A stretch of 63,938 bases of DNA, filler included, from Candidatus Tectimicrobiota bacterium (GTDB lineage Bacteria; JACPSX01): the NCBI GenBank assembly GCA_016193065.1. It is 9 parts of 9 records of this genome, joined end to end, with 100 filler letters (N's around TTAATTAATTAA, not from the genome) between each part and the next. Parts side by side here need not be neighbours in the genome. Positions count along the whole stretch, not along the records: positions 43,537 to 48,397 come from JACPSX010000115.1; positions 48,498 to 52,869 come from JACPSX010000116.1; positions 52,970 to 58,089 come from JACPSX010000117.1; 6 more parts are not named here. One strand, written 5' to 3'. Position numbers and translations under genes: made by a program. The notes under the pieces were generated by a model that worked only from the letters and a program-made list of their open reading frames with translations, did not search any database and was not told where the DNA came from. Position 1 is the first letter of the stretch. Every line of letters starts with the position of its first letter. Positions 46,050 through 56,706 of this stretch are shown one piece after another.

Positions 46050-46222
46050 AATGTTTCTCCCTTCTCCGAGATGGATTTTCTTGCCGAGGCTTACTCATAG
46101 AGGAGAACGGGGGCTTTGTCAATGAGAATGGCCGTGTATTTTCCGGTTGTCTCAGGGCCAATGTTATGTTATACAGCTATGCTTACGTTTTTTGCCTGGA
46201 ATCTGCGGGAAGGAGTGGAGTC

Positions 46223-46888
46223 ATGGCGCTCGGTTTGATCGGGAAAAAATTGGGGACGAATCGCATTTTTAACCCTGATGGTGACGTCATTCCCGTCACC
46301 GTTATCGAAGCAGGACCCTGCCTGGTCACCCAGGTAAAGGATGAGAAGAAGGATCGCTACAGCGCTGTTCAACTGGGGTTCGACGAAGCCAAGGTGAAGA
46401 ACGTTTCCAAGGCCTTGCAGGGGCATTTCCGTAAGGCTTCCGGAAGTCCCAGGCGGGTTCTCCGGGAGTTCCGGGTGAACTCCGAGGATCTCTCCTCACT
46501 GAGCCCTGGACAGCAGGTGACAGTGTCCATGTTCCGGCCAGGGGACCGCGTGGATGTGACGGGTTTCTCCAAGGGGAGGGGCTTTTCAGGGCCCATAAAG
46601 CGCCACGGCTTCCACGGCTTTCCCGGTTCTCATGGAACCCATGAGTATTTTCGCCACGGGGGATCGGTGGGTTCCCGCTTTCCGCAAGGAACCCTTCGTG
46701 GCCATCGCATGGCGGGCCAGTACGGAGACGAAAAAACGACGGTGCAGAACCTTCAGATCGTTGATGTCAAGGAGGCGCAAAACCTCCTGGTCGTCAAAGG
46801 GGCCGTCCCCGGGGCCCGCAACGGGTATCTAGTGATTCGGCCGGCAAAGCGCCAGAGCCGAGGAAAAAGCCAGTCCAAGACTGCCTGA
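46223..46888 (+). CDS. rplC: 50S ribosomal protein L3, stand-alone
   Basis: GLIGKKLG, PVTVIEAGPC, SKGRGF-G-IKRH, MAGQYG and VKGAVPG. Confidence 0.95.
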   Translation: MALGLIGKKLGTNRIFNPDGDVIPVTVIEAGPCLVTQVKDEKKDRYSAVQLGFDEAKVKNVSKALQGHFRKASGSPRRVLREFRVNSEDLSSLSPGQQVTVSMFRPGDRVDVTGFSKGRGFSGPIKRHGFHGFPGSHGTHEYFRHGGSVGSRFPQGTLRGHRMAGQYGDEKTTVQNLQIVDVKEAQNLLVVKGAVPGARNGYLVIRPAKRQSRGKSQSKTA

Positions 46889-46904
46889 GCGGTGGTTGCG
46901 GCGT

Positions 46905-48113
46905 TCATTCTTCCTCGGATTCCAGGAAACGTTCAGCGGCCATGGCAGCCATGCACCCCATGCCGGCTGCCGTGATGGCCTGCCGGTACACCCGGTCCAC
47001 CACATCGCCGGCAGCAAATACTCCGGGCACCGATGTCTTGACGCCTTCGCGGGTGATCAGATAACCATCGGAGTCCATTTCCAGAAGGCCTCGCAGAAAG
47101 CCCGTGTTTGGGGTGTGACCGATGGCGATGAAGACCCCTTCACAGGGGAGCTCCGAGACCTCCCCAGTCTTGAGGTTGCGAAGCCGCACGCCGACCACCT
47201 TGCCTTGTTCAGCGTCCAGCACTTCGCTGATCCCCGAATTCCAGATGAAGCGGATTTTGCTGTTGCGGTGGGCGCGGTCCTGCATGACTTTTGAGGCTCT
47301 GAGCTTATCCCGCCGGTGGACGACGGTGACCGTGCGAGCGAACTTGGTCAGGAACAAAGATTCTTCCATGGCCGTATCCCCCCCTCCGACCACGACCACA
47401 TCCTGATCCTTGAAGAAGAAGCCGTCGCAGGTCGCGCAGGCGGAGACTCCATGTCCAAGAAGCTTTTGCTCGGAGGGGAGGCCCAGAAAGCGGGCGCTGG
47501 CCCCGGAGGCGATGATGATGGTTTTTCCCCGGTACGCGTCGCCATCGGCTTCGATTGTGTAAGGCCGCCGGGAGAGGTCGATTTTGCTCACTTCGCTGGA
47601 AACGAAGGTGGTGCCGAAGCGCTCCGCCTGCTTCTTCATCTCCTCCATCAGTTCCGGTCCCAATATCCCCCGGGGGAAACCGGGATAATTCTCCACATCG
47701 GTCGTGATCGTGAGTTGGCCTCCGGGCTGGGCCCCGGAAATGACCAGAGGCGCCAGGTTGGCCCTGGCTGCGTAGATGGCGGCTGTCAAGCCCGCCGGGC
47801 CCGATCCGACGATGATCACCGCATGCTCCTTACCTTCTTCGCGCGGTTTGGATGCGGGGCGAATTTCCAGAAGGGAGTTGAGTTCGCCGCGCCTTTCGAG
47901 GGCCCTCAAATCATCGTATCCGCCAACCGATTTGCCGCTGACGAAGATCTGCGGAACGGTTTGCCTGCCGGATCTCTCCCGCGCCTCTTCCCGCTTGACA
48001 GAGTCATCAGTTACATCGGTTTCCGTGAAATGAACTCCTTTTTCCCTGAGCAGTACTTTAGCCAGACGGCAGTAGGGACAGTTGCTCTTGGTGTACACCT
48101 CCACGAGAGCCAT
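46905..48113 (-). CDS. trxB: Glutaredoxin 3 - thioredoxin reductase fusion
   Basis: N-terminal CPYC, TVPQIF and GGYDD, then GSGPAG, ENYPGF, SACATCDG, GGGDTA and YRQAITAAG. Confidence 0.92.
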   Translation of the reverse strand: MALVEVYTKSNCPYCRLAKVLLREKGVHFTETDVTDDSVKREEARERSGRQTVPQIFVSGKSVGGYDDLRALERRGELNSLLEIRPASKPREEGKEHAVIIVGSGPAGLTAAIYAARANLAPLVISGAQPGGQLTITTDVENYPGFPRGILGPELMEEMKKQAERFGTTFVSSEVSKIDLSRRPYTIEADGDAYRGKTIIIASGASARFLGLPSEQKLLGHGVSACATCDGFFFKDQDVVVVGGGDTAMEESLFLTKFARTVTVVHRRDKLRASKVMQDRAHRNSKIRFIWNSGISEVLDAEQGKVVGVRLRNLKTGEVSELPCEGVFIAIGHTPNTGFLRGLLEMDSDGYLITREGVKTSVPGVFAAGDVVDRVYRQAITAAGMGCMAAMAAERFLESEEE

Positions 48114-48154
48114 GGCGCTCCTTTCTTCATTGGAAGAATTGCGGGGGGCCCTGC

Positions 48155-48397
48155 TTAAATATTCGTTGAGCTGGAAGACTCCATGCGACCGGCGACCCTC
48201 TTTGTTGCTTCTCTCAAGGTCTGTTTGTGGGCCAGGGCGCCGTGCTTCATGAAGATCCGGAATTTGACGATTTTGACCGGGAATGTATCAAACAGCTCCC
48301 GGTAGTAGCGCTGGTCCACGGGTTCTTCCTCGGGATCGTAAATGTTGATTTGCTGGGGGCCGGCAAACGGATTGTCCGGCCGGGGATCAAACGGGGC
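48155..48397 (-). CDS. 3' end of an unidentified protein
   Basis: Open frame APFDPRPDNPF...FPVKIVKFRIF...STNI* from the contig edge. Confidence 0.5.
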   Translation of the reverse strand, partial: APFDPRPDNPFAGPQQINIYDPEEEPVDQRYYRELFDTFPVKIVKFRIFMKHGALAHKQTLREATKRVAGRMESSSSTNI

Positions 48398-48497
48398 NNN
48401 NNNNNNNNNNNNNNNNNNNNNNNNNNNNNNNNNNNNNNNNNTTAATTAATTAANNNNNNNNNNNNNNNNNNNNNNNNNNNNNNNNNNNNNNNNNNNN
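48398..48497. other. Artificial contig spacer
   Basis: N-TTAATTAATTAA-N. Confidence 0.98.
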
Positions 48498-50390
48498 ACT
48501 CAGGTCCTGGGTATTCTCTCCGCCTGCGCCGACCACGGAATCGGCGCCATCACGGTGATCACCTCCGGTTTCGCCGAGATGGACGAAGAGGGCAGGCAGC
48601 TTCAACAAGAAATGACCCGTCTGGCGCAAGAACGAGACCTGCTGATCTGCGGCCCAAACTGTTTTGGCTACGTGGCCATGTACCAGCGGTTCAGCTCTTC
48701 CATCGTCTACCGGGTCTGTCCCCTCCGCCAGGGCAACGTGGCCGGAGTGGTGCAAAGCGGCGGGCTGCTCAATCAGGTGGCCTATTCCGGTGTGGAGCGG
48801 GGAATCGGCTTCTCCTATCTCATCTCCACCGGCAACGAGGCCGTTCTCAGCTCGACCGACTACATGGATCACGTGCTCCGGGATGACCGCACGGAGGTCG
48901 TTGTCGCCATCATCGAGGGGTTTAAACACCCAGAAGCCTTTCTTCGTGTTGCTGATCTCGCCCTGGACCTCGAAAAGCCGCTCATCCTCATGAAAATCGG
49001 CCGCTCCACCAAAGGACAGAAGGCAGCGGCTTCCCATACCGGGTCCCTGGCAGGTTCCTTTGAGGTTCACGATGCCGTCTTTCGTCAAAAAGGGGTCACC
49101 CGGGTGGATAACTTTGACCAGTTGAGCGAGTGCATCGAGCTGTTCTCAAAAGTGCGCAGGTCCGGAAAGCACCGGATCGTTTCACCCGGGGTTGGTGTCA
49201 TCGAGGTCTCGGGAGGAGGGTGCGGGTTGATCGCCGACTTGGCGCAAAAGGTCGGCGTCGATCTCCCCGATCTTCGGCCGGAAACAAGGCGCACGGTAGA
49301 GGAGATGCTGGCGCCCCTCGGGAGCGCGGAAAACCCTCTTGACATTGCCGGGATTACGCCGGAGCGGGACGCAGCTCATCACCGGAGCTGCCTGGAGATC
49401 CTGGGAGCCGAACCTCAAATCGGTGTTATTTTGAGCCGCCTGCGGGGCAACACCAGCGAGGAGCGCTTCCGTGAGGTGGAGCTCACCGAAGCAGAGAGTC
49501 CCAAAGTCTACGGGGTCATCGCGCGAGCCTCGGACAACATCGAACCGGAATGGTGCCGGATTCTGGAGCGCTCCCGGGTACCCTTCCTGCGGGAGTTTGA
49601 AAAAGGGCTTGAGGCGGTGAAAGCACTGCTGACTTAATCGCAGTTCTTGAGCCAGCGAGAAACCGAGCCGGTGCGCACCAGCCCGCAAGCCGCTCCCGAT
49701 CTGGAAGCGGTGGAAGGCTATCTCCGGCAGGCCAGGGACGGCGTGCTCGGCGAGTGGCCAACCATGCGCATCCTGGAGCTTTACGGATTCAAATGTGCCC
49801 GCAGCGAGATAGCGGACTCTGCCGAAGCGGCAGCGAAGGCAGCGCAGGTGATTGGATTCCCCGTGGCGATCAAGGCGCAGGTCCCCGGGGTGACCCATAA
49901 GCACCGCAGCGGTCTGGTTCGGCTGGGACTTAGCTCCGACCGTGAGTTGATTCAGGCCTACGAAGACATTGCCATGCGGAGCCGGGAGCTTCGACCTACC
50001 CCGGACCGGCCCATAGTCTTGGTCCAGGAGATGATCCGGGGAGAGGCCGAAATTTTCCTGGGGATGTCAGTGGATCCTCTTTTCGGTCCGGTCGTTGCTT
50101 TTGGCCTGGGCGGGGTTTGGGTGGAAACCCTTCGCGACGTCTCTCTCCGCCTGGCAGACCTCAGCGCCGGAGAAGCCCGGCGGATGATTCACGAGCTGCG
50201 TGGTTTCCAAGTCTTGAAGAACGCAGGAATTGATTTGGACCGTCTGGCGGGAACCATCCTCCAATTTGCCCGCCTCGCCGCCGACCTGGCACCGCAGGTG
50301 AGGGAAATTGACGTAAACCCGCTGATCCTGGCAGGGGACGAGGCAATCGCGGTGGACGGGCTCATGGTGCTGCGAGGACTCCGGAGATGA
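48498..50390 (+). CDS. Acetate/acyl-CoA ligase (ADP-forming) family protein, 5' truncated and split by an in-frame TAA at 49635-49637
   Basis: SGFAE, GPNC-G, QSGG, STGNEA, SHTGSLAG, SGGG and NPLD, then ATP-grasp THKH, VQEM, DPLFGP and IDVNP in the same frame. Confidence 0.85.
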
Positions 50391-51409
50391 AAATCGGGTT
50401 GGGACCAATCACCTGCCAGATCATGCCGGGCGATCACCGCACCTCTGCACAGGTTCTTCGAGAGGTGCTGGACCTCGTTCGGCTTGCCGAGGAGAACAGG
50501 TTCTCCTCGGCCTGGGTTGCGGAACACCATCTCGCGCTCGACAACTACACCCCCTCGCCGCTCGTTTTGCTGGGAGCCTTGGCTGCCGTCACGACCCGGC
50601 TCAATCTCGGGACCAGCGTTGCCCTGCCGACATTTTATCATCCTCTGCGTCTCGCCGAAGATGGAGCCACTCTGGATGTCCTCAGCCAGGGACGCTTTCA
50701 GATGGGGCTTGGGCTCGGGCGCGTCGACAAGGAGCTCAAGGCCTATGGTGTGGGGCGCAGCGAGCGCGTGGCCCGCCTCGAGGAAGCGATGCAGGTTCTG
50801 AAACTGGCCTGGTCGGGTGAGACATTTTCTTGCCGGGGGCCTTTCCACGCATTCGAGTCTGTCCGTCTCTCTCCCAGGCCCGTGCAGGTACCCCGACCGC
50901 CGATCCTGATCGGAGCGGTGGCCCCGCCGGCAGTGGAACGGGCAGGTCGTCTGGCCGACGGGTTCATTGCCCCCTACCGCACACTGGCGGAGCTCCAGGA
51001 GAGCATTGGACTTGCACGAAGAACGGCTCAGGGCCGGCAGGATCTCGCCGGACCCTTCCGGATCGCCATCATGAAACATTGCTGCGTCTCCGAGCAGGGG
51101 GACGCCTGGGAGCATCTCGAGCAGAGCCTGGCTTACCGGGTCTTGGAGCACCCCGGGGAGGCGGAACTGTTCCAGCGCAAGCCGCCGAGCGCGCAGCAGA
51201 AGAAAGAGATGATCGCGGAAACCCGCGCCGGAGCCCTCCTCGGGACACCGGAAGAGGTGCTGGCCCAACTGCGCGAGCACGAACGCGAACTCGGGACAGA
51301 CATTGAGTTCATGGTCCGGCTCATTTATCCGGGGATGACCTTCGCACAGTCGGCGCGGCAGATCGAGATCTTTGGAAGCAAGATCATTCCGAAAATCGAG
51401 AGAACTTGA
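50387..51409 (+). CDS. LLM class flavin-dependent oxidoreductase
   Basis: WVAEHH, HPLRLAED-ATLD-LS-GR, PRPVQ-PRPPI and GTPEEV. Confidence 0.9.
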   Translation: MKIGLGPITCQIMPGDHRTSAQVLREVLDLVRLAEENRFSSAWVAEHHLALDNYTPSPLVLLGALAAVTTRLNLGTSVALPTFYHPLRLAEDGATLDVLSQGRFQMGLGLGRVDKELKAYGVGRSERVARLEEAMQVLKLAWSGETFSCRGPFHAFESVRLSPRPVQVPRPPILIGAVAPPAVERAGRLADGFIAPYRTLAELQESIGLARRTAQGRQDLAGPFRIAIMKHCCVSEQGDAWEHLEQSLAYRVLEHPGEAELFQRKPPSAQQKKEMIAETRAGALLGTPEEVLAQLREHERELGTDIEFMVRLIYPGMTFAQSARQIEIFGSKIIPKIERT

Positions 51410-51434
51410 GAAATAGCCAAGGGAAAGAGACGAT

Positions 51435-52385
51435 TTGTTTCAATTCGTGACACGCCGGTTGATCTTCTCTCTCCCCATTCTCTGGGGCGTGGCCACAATT
51501 GTCTTCGTTGCGCTCCGGATGCTCCCCGGGGATCCTGCGGTGGCCATTCTCGGGGACCAGGCTTCCGCCGAGTCACTGCGAGTGCTGCGTCACCGTCTGG
51601 GCCTTGACGCCCCCCTTATCCACCAATATTTCGACTACATGAGCCTCCTGCTCCGGGGGGATCTCGGCCGTTCCCTCCTCAACGAGGAGGCCGTGACACG
51701 CCTCATCTGGCGCAACCTGCCCTATACGGCCGAACTGACGGTGGGGGCTATCCTCGTAGCCTGCCTTTTCGGCATCCCCATCGGAATGCTTTCTGCCGTC
51801 AAACGCAACACGGTCGTTGACCGGCTGGCCCGCATCGTTGCGCTCATGGGTGTGGCTACCCCCGCATTTTATGCCGGAGTGGTGCTCCTCATCGTCTTCT
51901 CGCTGCAACTGGGCTGGTTCCCGGTGATGGGGGGAGGAGAGTTTTCCCGTCCTCTGGACCACATCCGCTACTCGGCGCTCCCCTCCGTCAGCGTCGGAGC
52001 GGTCATCGCCGGATCCATCATGAGAGTGACGCGCTCGGCCATCCTGGAAGTACTGAGCGAGGAATACATTCGAACCGCCCGCAGCAAAGGGCTCAAGGAG
52101 TTCGCGGTGCTCTACAAGCATGCCCTCAAGAACGCCATGATCCCCATTATCACCGTGATTGGCTTGAACATGGGAATCCTGTTGGGGGGTGTGGTGGCCA
52201 TCGAGAGAGTTTTCAACCGACCGGGGCTTGGTTCCCTGCTCGTGACGTCCATCTACGGGCGAGACTATCCCGCCATTCAATCCACACTCGTAATCTTCGC
52301 GGTTGTTGTCGTCTCCGTGAACTTGATCACCGACCTGACCTACGGGCTTCTCGATCCGCGGATTCGCTACGGGAGGAAACGCTGA
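51435..52385 (+). CDS. Peptide/nickel ABC permease (DppB/OppB)
   Basis: PGDP, GDLG-S, EYIRTARSKG, HALKNA and DPRIR. Confidence 0.93.
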   Translation: MFQFVTRRLIFSLPILWGVATIVFVALRMLPGDPAVAILGDQASAESLRVLRHRLGLDAPLIHQYFDYMSLLLRGDLGRSLLNEEAVTRLIWRNLPYTAELTVGAILVACLFGIPIGMLSAVKRNTVVDRLARIVALMGVATPAFYAGVVLLIVFSLQLGWFPVMGGGEFSRPLDHIRYSALPSVSVGAVIAGSIMRVTRSAILEVLSEEYIRTARSKGLKEFAVLYKHALKNAMIPIITVIGLNMGILLGGVVAIERVFNRPGLGSLLVTSIYGRDYPAIQSTLVIFAVVVVSVNLITDLTYGLLDPRIRYGRKR

Positions 52386-52869
52386 TGGATGCCCAGGTCG
52401 TGATAGAGACGGAGGAGGTTTTCTCCGCCGAGCCGAGCAAGTTTTCGCGGTGGGGGATCGCCATCATCGGAATCGTCGTGTTTGCGGCGCTATTTGCGCC
52501 GTGGATATCACCGTATGACTATAGAGTGCAAAACATGCTCAACACATTTGCCAACCCCAGCCGGGCGCACCTTCTCGGCACCGACCAGTTCGGTCGCGAC
52601 ATCCTGTCCCGGATCCTCTGGGGTTCAAGGGCCTCACTGATCGTGGGGCTGGAAGCGACCTTGCTGGGGGGAATCGTCGGAACCCTCATCGGGATGATAG
52701 CCGGGTATAAGGGCGGAACAATCGATCATCTCGTAACGCGTCTGGTCGACATGATGATGGCCATCCCGACCTTGATCATGAGCCTGATGATCATGGTGGC
52801 TCTGGGGCCGAGCTTGCATCACACGGCCCTGGCGATCGCCATTTCCATGACCCCCAAATTTATCCGGCT
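52385..52869 (+). CDS. Peptide/nickel ABC permease (DppC/OppC), 3' truncated
   Basis: HLLGTDQFGRDILSRI-WG-R-SL. Confidence 0.9.
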
Positions 52870-52969
52870 NNNNNNNNNNNNNNNNNNNNNNNNNNNNNNN
52901 NNNNNNNNNNNNNTTAATTAATTAANNNNNNNNNNNNNNNNNNNNNNNNNNNNNNNNNNNNNNNNNNNN
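52870..52969. other. Artificial contig spacer
   Basis: N-TTAATTAATTAA-N. Confidence 0.98.
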
Positions 52970-53754
52970 CCTCTCTGATGACGGGGCCGGGCACCAACAC
53001 ATACCTGGTCGGTAAAAAAAATCCCCTGCTCATTGATACAGGCTCGGGGCTGCCGGAATACACGAACCTGTTAAGGGAAGTCTTGCGCGAAAAGGGGGTC
53101 CCCGAAATTTCCCGGGTCCTCGTAACCCACGGTCATCCGGATCATGCCGGCGGTCTGGAGGTGTTGCGGCGGGAGTTTCCTGCCCTGACGGTGAGGAAGA
53201 TGGTCCGTTCCGGGGAGGAAATCGGCCCGATCGCGTTTCTGAAGGACGGAGATCGGGTCGAAGTGGATGGATGTACCCTGACCGCCATTCATACGCCGGG
53301 GCATGCCATTGATCATCTCTGTTTTCACCTGGAAGAGGAACTGAGCTTGTTTACAGGGGACCTCATCGTGGGCGTGGGGACCGTCGTGATTCACCGGGAG
53401 GCTGGCGGGCTCAAGCAATATATTGCTTCTCTGGAGCGCCTTCTTTCTCTGGAGTTGGAGCGACTTTACCCGGGACATGGTCCGGTTATCCACCGGCCTC
53501 GAGAGAAGATCGTGGAGTACATCGAGCACCGCCGGATGAGGGAGGAGCAGATTCTGGAAGCTCTGGCCCGCGGGGACACCACAATTCCCGAAATCGTCAG
53601 CCGGGTCTACACGGATGTGATCCCCCCCTTGCACCCCGTCGCAGAACGCTCGGTTGAAGCTCATCTCTCCAAACTGGAAGAGGATCATCTCGTAGAGCGC
53701 TGGACCGAGGAGGGTCAAAACCACTACCGCCTTCTCTCCCTGGAGATCGGGTGA
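52970..53754 (+). CDS. MBL-fold metallo-hydrolase (LACTB2-like, winged-helix C-terminus), 5' truncated
   Basis: TGPGTNTY, THGHPDH, TPGH, GD, PGHG, YIEHR-RE and AHL-KL. Confidence 0.9.
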
Positions 53755-53906
53755 AAGGGCGTTTCGTTTCTTATCACGTGGGATCCGGCGCGGTTTGTAA
53801 TGACCGGGGATTCCTGGGTTTGCCCCCCTTGCGGACTTTTCCCGTGCGCATGGAGGGGGGCTTAGTGGAAGTTCTCATACCCGAATAGGGGAACAGGGGA
53901 AATTCG

Positions 53907-55667
53907 ATGATGGAGAGGATCGACAAAAAAAGCGGGGCAAGCACCGACCGAGGGGCGCGGGTTACGGCGAAGGTGGAGACGGTGGCCCAGGCCTTCCTGG
54001 AACTGTTGTCCTTGCGGGGCGTTGACTACTTTCTTGCCAACCCGGGAACCGATTTTGCCAGCATCGTGGACGGATTCGCCCTCCGTCAGGAGCAAGGGAA
54101 GCACTCTCCACGGCCCCTGGCGATTCCCCACGAGGTTGTCGTCGTCAGTATGGCCCACGGCTACTATCTGGTGACGGGAAGACCCCAGGCGGCCATGGTG
54201 CACGTCGGGGTCGGAACCGCCAACGGTCTCGGCGCCATCATGACGGCCAGCCGGGCGCGGGTTCCTGTCCTATTCGGCGCCGGCCGAACCCCTATCACGG
54301 AGGAAGGGGAGCTCGGTTGCCGCTCCGGGTACATCCACTGGGGGCAGGAATGTTTCGATCAGGCCGGGGTGCTGCGGGAGTTTGTGAAGTGGGACTATGA
54401 GCTCAGGACCGCTTCCCAACTGGAGGTGGTCGTGGATCGGGCCCTTTCCATGGCCATGTCTGAACCTCGGGGTCCTGTCTATCTGACGCTTCCCCGGGAG
54501 GTACTAGCCCTGCCGCTGGAGGAGGTGGAATTTCAAGCCCAGTCGCGCTTCGATCTGCCGACATTTCACCCCGATCCGACGAAGGTCGAACAGGCCGCCG
54601 ATCTTCTGGCCGACTCTGAATTTCCTCTGATCATCACCTCCTCGGTCGGCCGAACTTCCGAGGGGGTCCGGGCTCTGGTGGATCTGGCCGAAGCCGGAGG
54701 CATCGGAGTGGTCTCTTTTAACCCCGATACTATGAACTTCCCGACCGATCACCCCTGCCACCAGGGGTTTCTCCCCGACCGCTTGCTCCCCCGGGCCGAT
54801 GTGGTCCTGGTGATCGACTGCGACGTGCCCTGGTATCCGAATCACGTGAAACCCCGGGAGTCTGCTGCGGTCGTCCAGGTGGGGATTGATCCGCTGTACA
54901 GTCGGTACCCGATCCGCGGCTTCCGTTCCGATCTCACCGTGCAGGGGGAACCTGCAGTTGTCCTGACCGAACTGGCTCGGGCGCTGGCGCGCCACCCGGG
55001 CAGAGACGGGGAGGGCATCCGGGAGAGAAAGGCGCAGCTTCGGGATATGCATGATGAGATGTGGAGGCAGTGGAAGGAATCGGCGATCAAAGCAGCCGCA
55101 GAGTGCCCTTTGGATTTTGAGTGGGTATCCTATCAGGTGAACCGGATTCTGGGGGAGGATACGGTGCTGGTCAACGAATATGACATGCATCTCACGCAAC
55201 TGGAAAGCCGGCACCCGGGGAGCTATTTCGGCACGCCCCATGCGGGCTATCTCGGCTGGGGGGTGGGAGCGGCTCTCGGGATCAAACTCGCCTCCCCGGC
55301 AAAAACGGTGGTCGTCACCGTGGGGGACGGCAGCTACATGTTTTCGGTGCCGAGCGCCTGTCACTTCACCTCCTCTGCCTATCAGCTCCCGATCCTTGTC
55401 GTCGTTTACAACAACCAGTGTTGGAATGCGGTAAAGCGGGCGGCCCGGACCTTGCATCCCAAGGGGTGGTCGGCCAGGACGAACGAGTACCCCCTGGGCG
55501 AGCTGCAGCCGACCGCCCATTTTGAAAAGATCTGCGAGGCCTTCGGAGGCTACGGAGAGCGCGTGGAGACTCCTGATCAGGTGGAGCCGGCCTTGCATCG
55601 TGCCCTGCATGCGGTAAAAAATGAAAAACGCCAGGCCGTCCTGAACATGGTCTGCAAGCACCCTTGA
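53907..55667 (+). CDS. Thiamine pyrophosphate-requiring enzyme (acetolactate synthase-like)
   Basis: NPGTDF, PHE, HVGVGTAN, IHWGQE and GDGSY...NN. Confidence 0.9.
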   Translation: MMERIDKKSGASTDRGARVTAKVETVAQAFLELLSLRGVDYFLANPGTDFASIVDGFALRQEQGKHSPRPLAIPHEVVVVSMAHGYYLVTGRPQAAMVHVGVGTANGLGAIMTASRARVPVLFGAGRTPITEEGELGCRSGYIHWGQECFDQAGVLREFVKWDYELRTASQLEVVVDRALSMAMSEPRGPVYLTLPREVLALPLEEVEFQAQSRFDLPTFHPDPTKVEQAADLLADSEFPLIITSSVGRTSEGVRALVDLAEAGGIGVVSFNPDTMNFPTDHPCHQGFLPDRLLPRADVVLVIDCDVPWYPNHVKPRESAAVVQVGIDPLYSRYPIRGFRSDLTVQGEPAVVLTELARALARHPGRDGEGIRERKAQLRDMHDEMWRQWKESAIKAAAECPLDFEWVSYQVNRILGEDTVLVNEYDMHLTQLESRHPGSYFGTPHAGYLGWGVGAALGIKLASPAKTVVVTVGDGSYMFSVPSACHFTSSAYQLPILVVVYNNQCWNAVKRAARTLHPKGWSARTNEYPLGELQPTAHFEKICEAFGGYGERVETPDQVEPALHRALHAVKNEKRQAVLNMVCKHP

Positions 55668-56041
55668 GGAGGGGAGAAGCTGTGGTCCTCCGTAAATTTC
55701 TCCGCGCTGGGATTGGAATTGCCGGTCTGGGGATCGGATTGAGCCTAGGCCAAGCCGCGGCCGGAGAGCTTTTCCCTCAAGTTTCGCCCCGGCGCCTTCT
55801 TCCTCCACCCGTGATCACTTCTCCCCCGGCGATCCGCGTTCCCGAACCGCCCCGGCCGGTTTCACCCGAAACGGTCACCGTCCCTCGTGTTCCTCAACGC
55901 GCCGGTGAACTGGAGACCCTGCGGATTCATGGGGAGCAGGTGATCCTCCGCGACGGGCAGGTTGTTTATCGGAGTTCTGCAGTGAAGGGGGTCCTGGTGA
56001 CTCCCGGGCAAGTCATTCTTCTCGTGGAGCCCCGGGAGTGA
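55664..56041 (+). CDS. Exported proline-rich hypothetical protein
   Basis: Signal-like segment; overlaps both neighbours by 4 nt. Confidence 0.55.
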   Translation: MRRGEAVVLRKFLRAGIGIAGLGIGLSLGQAAAGELFPQVSPRRLLPPPVITSPPAIRVPEPPRPVSPETVTVPRVPQRAGELETLRIHGEQVILRDGQVVYRSSAVKGVLVTPGQVILLVEPRE

Positions 56042-56706
56042 ACGGCGGGTCCGTAGCGCAGGACGCTGGAGGGGAACTGGTGAACTTTCCGGAAGATTCC
56101 CGCTTGCAGGAGCCGATCAAAGGGATCCCCCTGGTTTTCGTCGATGTGGAGACCACCGGTCTTAGTCCCGCTCAGGGGGATCGGGTGTGTGAGATTGCCT
56201 TGCTGCGAGTTTGTGGGGAGCAAGAGGAAGATTCCTTTGTGACACTGGTGAATCCGGGGCGCCCCATTTCCGCAGGGGCTTCTGCAGTGAACGGGATCAC
56301 GGACTCCATGGTCCACGATGCTCCCCCCTTTGTCCGGGTGGCCGGCGCCGTGATGAAGATTCTCAAGGGCTCGGTCCTTGTGGCTCATAACGCCCCTTTT
56401 GATCTGGGTTTTTTGCGAAACGAACTGCTCTTGGCCGGTCACTCGGTGCCGTCATTCCGGGTGATCGATACCCTGGAGCTGGCCCGGCGCTGCTTTAGTT
56501 TCCCAGGCAACGGCCTGCAGGAGATCTGCCGTGCTTTGAGGATTGAGGTCAGCGACCAACACCGGGCCCTGGCCGATTGCCGCACCACCTGGAGGGTCTT
56601 TTCCTACTTCCTGAAGGTCTGGGAAACTCGGGGGGTCGTGAGTCTGGGGCAGATCTTGGAACTTCAAGGAGCCAAACTCGTTTCGGGAGGTGGATCGAGA
56701 TGGTAG
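56038..56706 (+). CDS. DEDDh 3'-5' exonuclease (DnaQ-like)
   Basis: DVETTG, AHNAPFD, IDTL and HRALAD. Confidence 0.9.
   Translation: MNGGSVAQDAGGELVNFPEDSRLQEPIKGIPLVFVDVETTGLSPAQGDRVCEIALLRVCGEQEEDSFVTLVNPGRPISAGASAVNGITDSMVHDAPPFVRVAGAVMKILKGSVLVAHNAPFDLGFLRNELLLAGHSVPSFRVIDTLELARRCFSFPGNGLQEICRALRIEVSDQHRALADCRTTWRVFSYFLKVWETRGVVSLGQILELQGAKLVSGGGSRW

Noticed and set aside
49635-49637. Acyl-CoA ligase as two genuine subunit genes or a recoding event
   Set aside because: The TAA lies in a continuous frame with no RBS for the second part. Most likely a Tyr-codon nonsense change or error.
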